Assembly (NCBI GenBank): GCA_964016885.1
Contig: OZ024745.1
Span: forward strand, 51,460,001-51,524,000
Length of the DNA stretch: 64,000 bases
Source of the DNA: Eledone cirrhosa
Lineage: Eukaryota
Direction of reading: 5' to 3'
Part shown: one piece after another, positions 42,418 to 56,475 of the stretch
Numbering within the stretch: position 1 is the first letter of the stretch
Layout of the letters: each line of letters opens with the position of its first letter
Program-made: the position numbers and the translations under genes
Notes under the pieces: model-generated
Seen by the model: the letters and a program-made list of their open reading frames with translations, nothing else
The model's database searches: none
What the model was told of the DNA's origin: nothing

Positions 42418-43689
42418 GTGCGTGTGTGTGTGCGTGTGTGTATGTGTGTGTGTGCGCGTGTGCATGCGTGCTAGTGCATGCGTGTGTGCGTTTGCGTTTG
42501 TGTTTGTATGTATGTGTATACTATTATTCAAAAATACCTATCATCATTTCTCCTTCATCAATTAACATTATATACGCTGCATAATGCACAACGTTTGGTA
42601 GTTTACCAAGGAATTTTGTTTATGTAAGGTTTGTGTGGTCATTGAAAATACCAGCATATTTTAATCAGGCCACGGTTGCATGCTGAAACGTGAACCTAAG
42701 TTTGAAAAACACACGACTGAAATCATATTAATTATATCGCATAATTGCTTCGTATTGTTTTTGGTATTTCTTTGTACTTCAAAACTAACACTTACACGTT
42801 GCAATTGTGAATGTATGGATTGGTATCGTGTAAGTATAGTATCTTCAAATAGATTTATTCTAAATATGATTATATGTACAGCTGATATTCATTGCTTCCT
42901 TCGTAGAGAAATGCTCTAAGTATTTTTTTATTGAATAGATAATTACGTTTTCGTTCATTGAGATATTACATATTAAATAGAAACTTGGTGATATATTAAT
43001 TTGTTATATTTATCATAGCATCTATAGATACGAAGAGGACATTGAAGAAGAATATGAAGGTTTGTTGCCTAGATTGACAACAACGAAGATACTGAAATGA
43101 AGAACTGTTAAATATGAAAGGTAAAAAAAAAAGAAGAATCAATCGAAGACCAATGATGATGATGATGATGCGGCTGATATATAACGATGATAATTATGTT
43201 GATTATGATGATTAAGATGGTTATGAATATGTAATATTTCATGGCAGAATGAAAAAGTAATATTTGCTTCCTAAAATAATCTAGATACACCACAAAAATA
43301 ATCTAGATAAAAACACTATCATTTAAAACATATTCAAAATAACTGTTTCACAAAGACACGCACTAGATATTTATATACTTTAATCCATAATCCCCTCTTA
43401 AATGTGAAAATATATTTAGAAAACACACCAATTCCCTGAATTTATTACAATTAAAAATGTAAATTTCAAAGATATAAAACCTACAAAATTTCACTATTCT
43501 TTTTTCATATTCGTAAGGAATATTAGGTACTACTTATTGTGAAATATATCGACGCATGACTTAATACGAAATCATGTAAAATGATGATTAAGTGACATAG
43601 CCATACTGCAAATACAAATTTAATCTTGAAAGGCATTCGGACAATACAAGACATAATTATAACTGTGTCATAATGACAGGATTTCAGAT

Positions 43690-43753
43690 TTCTGCCACAA
43701 TTGGCAGAATTGATGTAGGTGCCGAAAGTTGATTTTCGGCACCTACATCAATT
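43690..43753. repeat. Double hairpin (8-bp and 20-bp perfect stems)
   Basis: ttctgcca-caat-tggcagaa overlapping aattgatgtaggtgccgaaa-gttgat-tttcggcacctacatcaatt. Confidence 0.85.
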
Positions 43754-46700
43754 TTGTCGAAGGCAAACAATTTCTTGATTGACATTTTTTATTTAGTTAA
43801 TATTATGTGTAAAAGAAGAACAAAACAATACAATATAATTCTGACGCTAATTCTATTTTTATTTCTCAAACCAGCTTGGTCAGTTTCTATGCGTGTGTTA
43901 ATGAATTAGTAGACTCAATCGTAAAGGGCGTTGGTGTGGTGAGACCACTACTAACTTCGAAGTCAAGTTATATTTAATCCTTATTACGTTTCTAGCTGGA
44001 AATCGTACGGAAAAGTAATATGTTTAAACGGGTTCATGTAGAAAGGTGGATTACTTTCTTCCACGTGATAATATTGGTGGGTTTTAAATCGTGAACAATT
44101 CGTTTATTTGTGACGGATATATTATATGAAAGGTATCGTACTTTATAGCTTATTGCTCTCACAAATGTACTTTTATACTTTATTTGAGTTGCCAGTGGCA
44201 TTTCGAAGATGATGCTGGATCATATAGCTTGTTCTGAATATATATAAATGATACATTTAAAGTTAGCTGAATATTGCATTTAGCGGTTTCTTCAATGCCT
44301 TATTGTTAAGTATTCATGTGTCATGGTTCATGTTAATGTCGATATGTCTGTGGGTTAATGTTTTATTGTGCTTCAGAATATGAGAAGTTAAGGTGATACG
44401 TTGTTAAAGTTTAGTTATATGATATGACGATTGCATGCTACTATATGAAAACAAATTTTACCTAAGTCAAATCAATGATGATCTTATACACAAAACCGTA
44501 GCTTGGGTCACTCTTTATGTGGCTGATTTATGCGAAATGGTTTGGCCTAGTAGGAAAACAGGCCTCTATCTATACTTGCCTTTACAAAGGAGAGGGTTGT
44601 AACGAAGGATTGACACACATCAACAAAAAATAAATACTATGAATAAATTATGGCAGAACTTAGGTCCCCGGAGAAAGAAAGTGGCTCCATAGTTTATATA
44701 GTACTCATGGTCATGATACCTGAGATAATTTCTGTGCATTATCAATTTCAAGGGCGAACGGCAGTGGGAAACTGACAAAAATGAATGTGTTACTCTTTGG
44801 AATCCTATCTTTATCTTTCATCAATTTCACCCATTTCTTTTTATTATTGTTATCGATTGTACATTGGATATATAAGAAAATCTGAAAGGAAACATACCAG
44901 AAATTATACAAAACAATATGCAAGAATCAATATCTCAATATCTGAAATTGTTAAGAATTCATATTGCGTTAATGTTACTTCCTAGAACGATAATGTTTAC
45001 ATTTTCATTCTTTAAATGAAAATGGTATTAAGCGTGAAATCAATCTAATGTCTTTGTTTTTCTATTGTTTGTTTGTATTTGTTATTTTATCACTATTTTG
45101 CTTTCACATTTCCTTTGAAATGAACTTCTTTATTTTAAATATTTTGGCTTAAGTTTAAATAAAAATTATTTAAAAATCAAAAACCAATAAACTGAATTGT
45201 TTGTTAAAACAGCCCAATTGTTTGAATGATTTTAACAATTCCTGAATATTGTTTGTCGTTTCGTCTATATTTAATTCATGAGTAATATATTTTTGCTCTC
45301 GTGAGCTATCTTTTCCTCGTTAAATTAAAAAAACAATGTTCATTTAATATCTTTAAACGTCTTTGAAACATGAACTTATACATTCTTCAGCAGGTAAGAT
45401 TGCTTCAATAAAGTATTCTATAATAACGAAATCATCATTTCCAATAACAATCTTAACGGAATGGTAAACATATTTTGAAGTATTTGAAGGTTTAATTCGA
45501 TTTCAGTTTTTGGTTGTTTGGCAGTTTTTCTCCTCCTCCTTCATTCTTTTCTTGTGTATTTTTAAACAAAGTGAAAATTAAGCAGTACACTTATTTTTAC
45601 GTTGCGTTGTTTATGTTAGAATCCATTTCTAACGACTATCTTTATATTCACTCAGAAATATATTGCATATTTTGCAATATATATAATGCATTCAATCACT
45701 ATCTTCAATTTCCTCACATATATAAAAAGTTGCCTGGAAATTATTGCAAAGCTATTTGCACAGCGCACATTGATATAGGTTGTGTTCGTAACAAACTAGA
45801 AGTGTCCTCACCATTTCCAAATATAAATTCATATGGGCAGGTTTGCTATTAATTTACCGGAAGTCAATTATGTTCACAAGAAAGACTGAGATATCAGCAA
45901 ATAATCTACAATCATTTATCAGAAGCCACCATCTTCCATGAACAAACTACAATGTTACACAACTAGCGAAATCGATATGTTCATGTATTACAATATCCAT
46001 CAAAACTAGTATTTAGTTCAATAATAAATTTAATTCGAACTCATTACAGATTATCATCTGCAAGATGTAGAAATAGTGATTAATTTACGTCAGATATTTG
46101 TGAAGACTAATTCATATGCATAAACAGTCCACTTCTCACTAATATAATTGACATTTTATGTCATTGCTGGGTTTAAATAATTTTCCCACGTTAAAAGTTT
46201 TATTAATTTATGTTAGCAACGACACTTAACTAGCAACGACAGATCTTAATTGCAGAAATACCAGGATGTTCAGCTTCACACTTAAGCATATTAACTTCAG
46301 TGAATAGAAACTTACGTTGCCTCGTCAATAATGTCAATACAGTACTTTAAGTGGATTTTGTTGTTTGGATACTATGACATATCAATTTAAAATATCCTAG
46401 GCTGAATTCAAATATTTCACCACGTCAAAATATCAAGCACAGCATTAATATAGAGAATATATTTAAAAAGAAAATGACTACTATTTAATGAAATATTTAC
46501 TTTCAAAATAACCTCTTTAAATTCGTTCAATAAATCATAAAATGACCCATTAGTTATCACCTAGATTGAGAAATTAGAAATAATATGTATATACATTAGT
46601 ATAAGCTATATGCAATTTAAATTATCTAAGTAGGGTCATTGGCCTCTTATTACATTCTCACAGTTCCCAAACATAACCGTCTTTTAACATATTTTCAGCA

Positions 46701-47204
46701 GATAAAAAAAAAATATATATATATCTTGCCTAAACATTATTTACGATATACTCTTCTATCGCTACAACCGCTCAGAATGATTATAAAATGTCACAATGTC
46801 CATATATAACAACCTTGATGCCGTGCTGCATTTATTACCAATTACAAGTAGGTAATTATGTCGTTGTCCATGATTATTTACAAATTCACCAATGGTTATA
46901 ATTGATTTCACCATAAACGTTATCCAGGGCATTTCTTTCAAATGCAAATGATGATGTTTGTCAGCGTCCCACTGTATTTCGGTAAACATTGGTTGACCAG
47001 AGGTGGAACGTGTACAGATATGCTTTTGAGATCAAGTATATCATCGGTTTCGGGTCACATTTCATTTATGAGAGGGCATTTAATATTTGTGTCTCTGTGG
47101 GTGTATTTAAGTCCCCTAAGAAATTTATATATACTAGATGAGAATAAATACTAGAGTCGGATGATAGAGCTGCGCCATCGAAATATGAAAATTACGCAAT
47201 CATA

Positions 47205-47514
47205 AGGGCGTAACTTTTAGCAGCAACTCAATCAGCTACATTAATTATTCGACTGTATGTACATGCATGTGTGACGTCCAAACGAGTATTTCTGCCTCCA
47301 ACTATATTACCATTAGCCTCTTTGTACCGACCGATAGGATGGAGAAGACATTGCATCAGAGGACCACCCACTGGAACAGTCACTCCATCACAAGGGGCTT
47401 GTACCTGCGGGCAGCTAACTCCGCTCCGATATCCGTGAGCAGGGATGTGCTCCGGATGGAGTGGGGTGTGTTGGCACGAACGCCGGAAATCTCTACAGCT
47501 GCAGGGCGTAACTT
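47205..47514. mobile_element. 286-bp GC-rich insertion with 12-bp target-site duplication
   Basis: agggcgtaactt at 47205-47216 and 47503-47514. Confidence 0.6.
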
Positions 47515-48623
47515 ATCAAATCAATCAAAACAATGCGAAAAATACGGCAATTTCTATTTTCTCATCAATAGAATCTATTAATGAACAAATAAATTGCTTT
47601 CCATCATTTTAATTGAATGCATCAAAGTTATATAAAAACTAACAAAAAATTTCTGGAAAATATACGAACATTAATTTTTTCATAATTTCAACACATTTCT
47701 TATATACTCTATTCATTTTTTATATTTTCAAATTGGCAATTAGATTTTTGTGTTACAGTAGCCAGAGTCATGTTTTGTGGTCGCTTTGTTGTTGATTACA
47801 AGTGTACTTAATTACAATATAAAATGGTAGCAAGAAACGTTAAATGTATTCAACTAGATCATAAATAATCTCGATGTAGTTCATTACAAGCAATATAAAC
47901 CAATGTATATATATTAAATGAGTAAAAAAATACATTTAAAACATAAATAAAGAAATAAAGGAATGAAATAGGAAATAAAAATGAAGCCAAATTATGATTG
48001 TTTTAGATATACTGTTCAAATGTCATATTCTCTAGCTATAATAAAGAATATTGTACTTTAAAATCGGTATGTGTCAATACGGAATAAGGTTCTTAATCTG
48101 TTACATATCTATATGTAAACAGAAAGGCTAACAGATACTTAAATTCAACAATAAATGTATATGGTGGGCTCTCTCGTCTTGTTACACGTTTAAGAGCAAA
48201 ATAAATTACTTTCTTTTTACTCCGGCTTTTAGTTTTCGTTGCCTACACACTGAAACTGTTTTGGGACAAATAACGTTGAGAAAAAACTGCATACATTTTA
48301 CCTTGCTTTAGCTGACCTACGTGCTCAATTCTTGTATTGGCATGGCACCTGGAGACATTTTGACAGGTTTTCTTCCACCTATAACGTCCAGCAGCGCATC
48401 CCTCAAATTCTGGTGCTTGTATTAAACTATACATGATATTATCCTTCATTTTAACTTTGTATCGAAGTTGAGGTCTTTCTGCTTTTCGTACTCCAACCTG
48501 ACGTTGGAAATTGCAGTCTAATTTTGCACACGATAGGTTTGATGCCGTGTGCAGCAGGGCGGGTATACAAATCAGTGCTGTGAAAGATTGAGACACTCCT
48601 CCTCTTAAGAAAGCTTGCGCAAT

Positions 48624-49005
48624 GCACACTACATGTGAACGGAGTTCCGCTGAAGCAGCTGGAGAAGTTCAACTATCCCGGAGCAGTGTTCACGATTGAC
48701 GGATGATAGGAGGCTGAATTAAGTGCAAGAATTTCAGGAGCTCGTGTAGTAATGTTCCAGCTTCATCATTCAGTAATCAGAAGAAATTGGGTACGTCTAA
48801 AAGCTAAACTCACTATCTTCAATTCTGTATTCGTACCAATCCTTACCTATGGTTCTGAATCTTGTGACCGAAAGAAAACGATTGCGAATACAAACAGCTG
48901 AAATTGAGGTTACTCCGACGGGTCATTGGAGTAACGTTACTCGATAGAGTGCGTACCTCTGAGATCAGAGAATCACTCCAGTTATAACCTGTACTGCTCC
49001 GAATT
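48624..49005 (+). mobile_element. RTE-clade LINE fragment
   Basis: VNGVPLKQLEKFNYPGAVF and KAKLTIFNSVFVPILTYGSES. Confidence 0.85.
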
Positions 49006-49204
49006 TCACACTTATTGTTAGGCCCTGAGGAAAATCGACTTCCGAGTTATAGTGCTTCCCGGATCAGAAATAATTAGATACTAGAGCCACACCATCTGCG
49101 AAAAAGTTGTACAAATGCATTTCTCTCGTAGAAAGTTTCTTAGCCTCAAAACCGTGGTGATTGAAAAGTTCATCTGAGGTTCTAAAGTCAAACAAATCAC
49201 CATT

Positions 49205-49383
49205 GTATCGGTAGAGGGTCGGACGCCATGCTTTGACGCAAAGGGTTTCGGCCCTTTCCATTCTGAGTTCAAATCCCGCCGAGGTTAACTTTGCCTTTCA
49301 TCCTTGCGGAGTCGATAAAATAAAGTACCAGTAATACACTGGGTATTTGCTGGCCTTGTGCCAAAAGTAGAAACAATTATTAT
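49205..49383 (+). mobile_element. tRNA-derived SINE (Octopus OR-like, CORE-type)
   Basis: B-box gagttcaaatccc, tttgcctttcatcc..gtcgataaaataaagtaccagt core, attattat tail. Confidence 0.8.
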
Positions 49384-49619
49384 AGTTCTTCAAGGCATCA
49401 CCAGAGAACAATAAATAGCAAACAGAATAAGCAACAATACTTTTTTACACAAATAAAATGATGTCTGATGAACTGCAATTTGACATATTATAGGCTTGCA
49501 GTATATTATGGAAGGATATTATAAAACTGAGCATGATATTAGCAATGTTGATCCTCTTCAACTCTAACCACATCAATGTCTTTCAAGTGGGTTGCAAATG
49601 CGGATATAGCTTGACAACA

Positions 49620-49760
49620 TGACGTAGCAACCCATTTCTACAGCAGAATCAACTGGACCAATGTGAAATAAAGTGTCTTGTTCAAAGACACACCACAACA
49701 TCCGGTGTGGGTATCGAAATCACAACCTCATGATTGTGCATCCAACAGTTTAATCACTAA
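49620..49760 (-). mobile_element. tRNA-derived SINE fragment (OK-like)
   Basis: rc has tRNA-like head (tagtgattaaa..ttcgataccc) followed by gtgtctttgaacaagacacttt. Confidence 0.55.
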
Positions 49761-51987
49761 TATCTATATATTTACATATATTTGTTTATATATACATATG
49801 TATGTGAGCGTGCGTGTGCATATGTATGTGTGTATGTGTGTGTGTGTGTGTGTACATATATACCCAATATAATTATTTGTAATATGGTAGGCTGTATCAT
49901 TGTATATGTTAGACTTGATATGCTATCCTGCATTGCTGATATTACAAGATATTACAAGTATTATAATTATCGAAGAGAACATCAAATTCACAAGTATATC
50001 AAATTCATCCAGATTTTGCATACCTATTAAATGGTTAAACTGACTACGTTCTTATTTCTTTCTTTGTATTTCTTGAACACTTAAGGGTCCAATGTAACCT
50101 GTGTATATATATATATATATCAATATATATATACAGGTATATATATGCCATGCAATATATACACGCAATGCAATAATTTTAAATCCTTGCTAATTTATTG
50201 GTGATACACACACGTTTACATTTAACGCGCACACATATATTTATATTATAGTTGCCCATACATACTGGCGTGTTACTCGGGTAAAGGATATATATTAACC
50301 ATATTGGTTACTTGTTTCATATTTCTAGTTAAGGTGACTATTACAGTTGCTGATGTTGTGCAAGGATATTTATTATACGACTACAAATGCCAATAACATT
50401 TATCGATAACAGACGGTAAATTCTATGTATAGTAATTACAGTAAACTAACGCATACATAATACATAGCTCAGAGATAGAATTACCTTATTCAATTTGTAT
50501 TCATAATTGCATTGCTTTACAATCATATACATGCTGATATGTCTTGAGAATGATGTCCATCGGTAATAATAGATGGGGAGATGTACGTTGATAGTATAGG
50601 AAATCTTCTTGTTTTATCTGATGCCTTTCTAGCAGCAGATAAATAAGTTATATCAACCGTCAACAAGTCAATTTATCCTAAATGTACTTCGAATGAGATA
50701 ATTACTCGCAATGGAATTTTCTCTTTAATACATATGTTAAATTATTCATGATATTATTTAATTCACGACATCGTGAATGGCTGATGCCATATTTAATAGC
50801 GCCCTGAAGAACTAGCCGAGATTTGCACATTTCATATCGCTTCCAGAGAGCTGTATTATATTCTTGAAGAATAAAACTATCTTACTTTTGACGTAATATA
50901 GCTGACTACAGAGAAGTGACTAAGATAAACAGCTTAAATTAAGCAGCGACAACCGCATCCGATGATTAAGTAGTTCATTATTTGTTTCCATTTTGCGCTA
51001 TTCTTACTAATAATTATATTGACGATAGAGAAATAATGCATCGATGGTGATGTACAGTTCACATATAAATATTGCATTTGACCATTTAACATTAGCATGA
51101 TCAGATAAAAATCATCATTTACTTAAATTGGTATTCAACATTATTGTGCTGAAATGTGGTGTATCGCTACTCGAAATAAACTGCAACTTTCATCCACCCT
51201 GCGATGATAAAATAAAATGCTAGTTGCATCTTGTGATAGATGACAATGCGTCTCGCAATAAACAATAACGAAAAATCACTATATCTCAGCTCTGCGTAAT
51301 GGAAAGATGGGTTTTAAAGTTACTAATTCTATGCTTGTACTAGTATGTAGATAAATAAATACTCTTGGAAAATGATGCGTCCTACATTGGAAGTGTGTAT
51401 AATTGTATTGTACAAGTAATTAGTTGAAAAACATACCACTACAGAATATTCATAGTTTAGAATGGGACCCAAAGGGGATATATGATTTCTGTAGTTGACA
51501 GATACGTATTTCAACTAGCGTAAGGTCACAACGCAATTATTACATGCAAATTCTCACAAAAGTTGATTATAGCTTAGTTTGACATCCACCGAAGGATGAA
51601 TGGCAATGTGATGCCAGGAAAACCATAAACCTCAAGAGAACTAAATTAAAAAACAGAACACTTAGTTCACCTATTCGCTGTCATTACCATTCACACCGAT
51701 TTTATGTTTACGAATCTACATTGATATATTTCAGAGATTATAACAACATTAACTGATAATGTAGTCTGAAAATTGACACTGTATTTCATATGAGAGTTTG
51801 TATGAATATTTAAACCATCAAGAAATACTTCAGGAATTCTATTTTTACTCCGCTTATCCACTTCTCCAATTTTGATCTAACCTTTTTTTAACAAACATTC
51901 CAGCCTCCGCTTCCCCGCGAGGTTTGTCTTTACAGATCAATGTCTAATATCCGATACGTTGAAGCATTATGTTTCATTTTCAAAGAA

Positions 51988-52185
51988 GTATGAATCAAAC
52001 AATCGTGCAATTGTATTACCGTTTTAGTCATGTTTGAACTTGTACCTTATTTCAAAGCTTCCGCAGCATTCTACTTCGTTCGTATCTAGAAAGCAAGAAG
52101 GCTGCGTGGTACTATACAAGTTTACATTTCGGAACACGCTTACATTCCCCACGAACTTCAATTACTCGGATTCTTTTAACTGCTC

Positions 52186-52216
<31 letters not shown>

Positions 52217-52392
52217 TGTATGTATGTATGTATGTATGTATGTATGTATGTATGTATGTATGTATGTATGTATGTTTATTAAAATAACAGATTAAAGTTT
52301 AATAAATATTTGCTCTACGGTTCTTATATATTTGATATATATTTATCCTTATCGAGCCCTCTTTGGATTTTAGTCTTCAAATTTATTATTAT

Positions 52393-52452
<60 letters not shown>

Positions 52453-52475
52453 GCATACATGCATACATACATACA

Positions 52476-52511
<36 letters not shown>

Positions 52512-52712
52512 TATATATGAACAGTTAAAATAATCAGAGTAATTGAACTTCGTGGGGAATGTAAGCGTGTTCCGAAATGTAGACTTGTATAGTGCCACGC
52601 AGCCTTCTTTCAAGATACGAACGAAGTAGAATGCCGCGGAAGCTTTGAAATAAGGTACAATTTCAAACATGACAAAGACAGTAATACAATTGCACAATTG
52701 TTTGATTCATAC
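51988..52712. repeat. ~200-bp diverged inverted repeat pair around microsatellite spacer
   Basis: 51988-52189 vs 52515-52712; inner (TATG)n/(CATA)n tracts are also inverted. Confidence 0.85.
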
Positions 52713-52717
52713 CTCCA

Positions 52718-52750
52718 GTGTTCCGATGCATCACTGATTCTTTGTTTTCC

Positions 52751-52822
<72 letters not shown>

Positions 52823-52855
52823 GGAAAACGAAGAATCAGTGATGCATCGGAACAC
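52718..52855. repeat. ~40-bp inverted repeats enclosing a (TA)n tract
   Basis: gtgttccgatgcatcactgattctttgttttccatatta / taatatggaaaacgaagaatcagtgatgcatcggaacac. Confidence 0.9.
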
Positions 52856-52972
52856 AAATTTATACGTAGTACAAATGCTTCTCCGGCGAAGAGCTCGTGG
52901 TGCGATCTGTTTGTGGATCGAACCTGACTGTTGATTCGCAAGTTCTTCAGATACGTCTAGTGATTTCGAAGC

Positions 52973-53050
<78 letters not shown>

Positions 53051-53120
53051 TCTCTCTATATATATATATATTATATTAATTCAAAATATTAACAAATTAG
53101 ATATTCTTGTGATCATATAT

Positions 53121-53185
53121 ATTTTATTATACATATTTCAGAGGAACTGAGTTAATTTCAAGAGTACGTCCTCATCAGATAAAAT
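53121..53185 (-). ncRNA. Type I hammerhead ribozyme (family C)
   Basis: rc: attttat-CTGATGA-ggacgtac...tcctct-GAAA-tatgta-TA-ataaaat; perfect 7-bp helix I, irregular helix II. Confidence 0.65.
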
Positions 53186-53549
53186 AAGATGATGCATGAC
53201 ATACCCTTACATAGTAGATGGTAGTGAGTAATATATGACAACACTCAATATTTATATACCTTCATATTGAAAACATGAGAAAAATATATAATACATACAA
53301 TAGAGAGGGTGCGTGTGAGAAAGCTTAAAAAATACTTGGCAGCAATATAACTGTTAAATAATTTAAATTACTGGAGAAAGAGGAAAGAAAAGATAGGCAT
53401 AGAGGAAGAAACATATGAGGGGATAATATAGCTAGTAGGAGCCTAGAAAACAAAGGAGAGTTGATTACATAGAGAGAGATAAAGAGTAACTTTTGTAGTG
53501 TAATAATAAAGGGAGATTTTAAATTAAAACAACATTTGGGCTTAGGTTT

Positions 53550-53627
53550 AGGAAAAAGGAAAAAGGAAAAAGGAAAAAGGAAAAAGGAAAAAGGAAAAAG
53601 GAAAAAGGAAAAAGGAAAAAGGAAAAA
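53550..53627. repeat. (GGAAAAA)n heptamer repeat
   Basis: about 11 copies, direct reading. Confidence 0.9.
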
Positions 53628-55109
53628 AATCAATTCATTGAATTATTGAAATATCTAAAAATATTCATCAATCGGAATTTTAAATATAATTGGGTTTATA
53701 CATATGAAGGTTAATATCAAGTCTTTAGACAATTATCCATATATACAATATATATCTAAACATATCTGGTTGACCGTTAACATTCTATACATTTAATTTA
53801 AATTAGTTCAGATTAATGAATACTATTTTAGTTATAAAAGTTAATAAATATCTGTATTAATATTAAAGTATACTATCATATTTAATTTTTAAAATCAAAT
53901 TTAAAGGATTTACAAACACGAGAAAGAAAACATAAAGTTTTTACAACCTCACGAAGGTAAACCTTACTAAAATTTATTATATAATATTAAATTATTTATA
54001 ATATATTGAAAACAGTTTATATTATATAATTTAGAAAATAAATACAGTTATAATTTTTAAAGAATTTTAAGATTAACAATTTGAATGCCTAAAGAATCAA
54101 CAGGTCTTATAATTAAACTTTAAAAAGTCTGAATTTTAAATTACATATATGCGTTTATCAAAAAAATACACAAAGATTATATTGTCTAAAGACTTAAGAT
54201 GATACCTCTCAAATAGACAAAACATAATACAATATAATAAATAAGTTACTGAAAATATTGTTAAAATTAATGTTTTAGATCAATTATTGTAATAGGATCA
54301 TTTAATAGATATATACTATAAATATACAAGTCCAAACTTCATGAGTCCTAAGGATAAGGACTAAATACAAAATAAAAAGTGAAAAAAGTAAAAAATAATG
54401 AATTGTTTGCGAACGTAAAAGTGCCCAATATTAAAAAATATAGTTTAAAATGCAAGAGGGTTTAAAAAAAAAAATTATATAGTAGACAAACGACACTTCT
54501 AAAATGTCCACGAAGATGATAGAAAGAGGAGCTAAGGATTTGAATGACCCGAAGGTAAACCAAATTTAATTAAAATAAATTAAATTAAATTAAGTAGTAA
54601 TCGTTATATAATTTAGAACATTAAGGAAATATCTAACAATTATAACAACAGAGAGTCATTTGAGTATCCAAATTACTTATAAATGTAACTAGGAGCATGT
54701 TATTATACTAGATAAACAAATTTGTTCAAATATATAGAGAAAGTATTATAGGTATTAGTGAAACGATATACATATAATAAATAAATAAATAATTACAATC
54801 ATTATTAGTAATGTTATAATTGTAGTTTTACCTCCAGTAGTTTTACTTCCAGTTCAGTGGAAAGAAAGACCAATATTTGTCGACTAGTATGATTTGTGAC
54901 ATTTATACCTAAATACATATAAAACATATAGATGTACCTAACTTTCTGAATCCCAAAAGCATACCCAAAATGAGTAAAATATATAAATGAATGAAGATTT
55001 ATGGTTCAATTATAACCGGTAATCTTACAAGTTATATATCCAAATTATATATTTAAAACAAAGACAAATATATAAGGATCCCAATCTAAATTATATATAT
55101 CTAAAATAA

Positions 55110-55225
55110 TCCAAAGGATGAGAGTTAACGCCGGTTGGATTTGGACTCAGAATGGCAAGGGCCGTATCTCTATGCGTCTAAACATGGCGTCCGACCCTCT
55201 ACCGGTACTGCCAATCCACCGCCCT
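55110..55225 (-). mobile_element. OR-like SINE 5' fragment
   Basis: rc ggcggtggattggcagtaccggtagagggtcggacgccatg matches the 49205 SINE head. Confidence 0.7.
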
Positions 55226-55281
55226 ATTATTATATATATATATATATAATATATATATAATATATAATAATATATAAATAA

Positions 55282-55417
<136 letters not shown>

Positions 55418-55450
55418 TGTATATATATATATTATATATATATATATATA

Positions 55451-55862
55451 TATTAGCTGTCATCAGCACCGTATACCTACCTGTCAGTTGATTGAACGTT
55501 TGAAAGTATATACTTTCCTTATGCATGTTAACGGCTGAGCAGACTAATTTGCATATCGAGTGAGTTAGTCGGCCGGGCGATGAACGTTCAATCAACTGAC
55601 AACTAATAACCTAGAAACTAGTTCATCGTTCCTTTGTCAGTGTTGAACAAAAGGGCAACGATGGTTGACGAACATTGTACGGCTAATAATTCGGGCTGTT
55701 TGTTTACAAACAAACAGACCATTATAATAAATGTTCGGTAGACCCATACGTACATATACATATGTGTGCATGTATGTATATACATACTACTGTATACATA
55801 TATGTGCATGTATGTATAAACATACTACTGTATACATATATGTATGTACGTATACATACTTA
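55451..55862. mobile_element. Family-B HHR repeat, internally inverted copy
   Basis: 55451-55580 colinear with 12438-12567, then switches to the opposite strand; HHR halves split between strands; (TA)n flanks. Confidence 0.8.
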
Positions 55863-55966
55863 TATTTATATATGTATATATATATATATATTATATATAT
55901 ATGTATATATATATTATATATATATGTATATATATATTATATATATATGTATATATATATTATATA

Positions 55967-56065
<99 letters not shown>

Positions 56066-56086
56066 CTATATATGTATATATATATC

Positions 56087-56124
<38 letters not shown>

Positions 56125-56180
56125 TATATATATATGCATATATATTTATATATATATATATAAATATTTATATATATATA

Positions 56181-56475
56181 CGTTTTCCCAGAGCATCAAT
56201 AATTCAAATTAAATGATATATATAATGTATATATATAGAGAGAAAGAGCCATAAATCGCTAGGAAAATGTACATATATTAAGGTGGAAAAGTTCTTATTT
56301 TTCGTTACGATATGATTCCTAAATATTATGTCTTATACAATATTCTTTGTGTTTCTCTACCGGTATATGTATCTTTCTCGCTATATATACATATATACAT
56401 ATCTACATATATCTACATAGATACATATATCTACATATATCTTTTAATTTGAATTATTGATACTCTGGACAAACG
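56181..56475. repeat. 33-bp imperfect inverted repeats adjacent to (TA)n
   Basis: cgttttcccagagcatcaataattcaaattaaa vs tttaatttgaattattgatactctggacaaacg. Confidence 0.7.

Larger units (their letters stand above)
53085..55080 (-). mobile_element. Decayed AT-rich PLE, family-C terminus
   Basis: 53085-53220 homologous to 13694-13822; remainder AT-rich with weak RT-like traces (IIRPVD). Confidence 0.45.
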
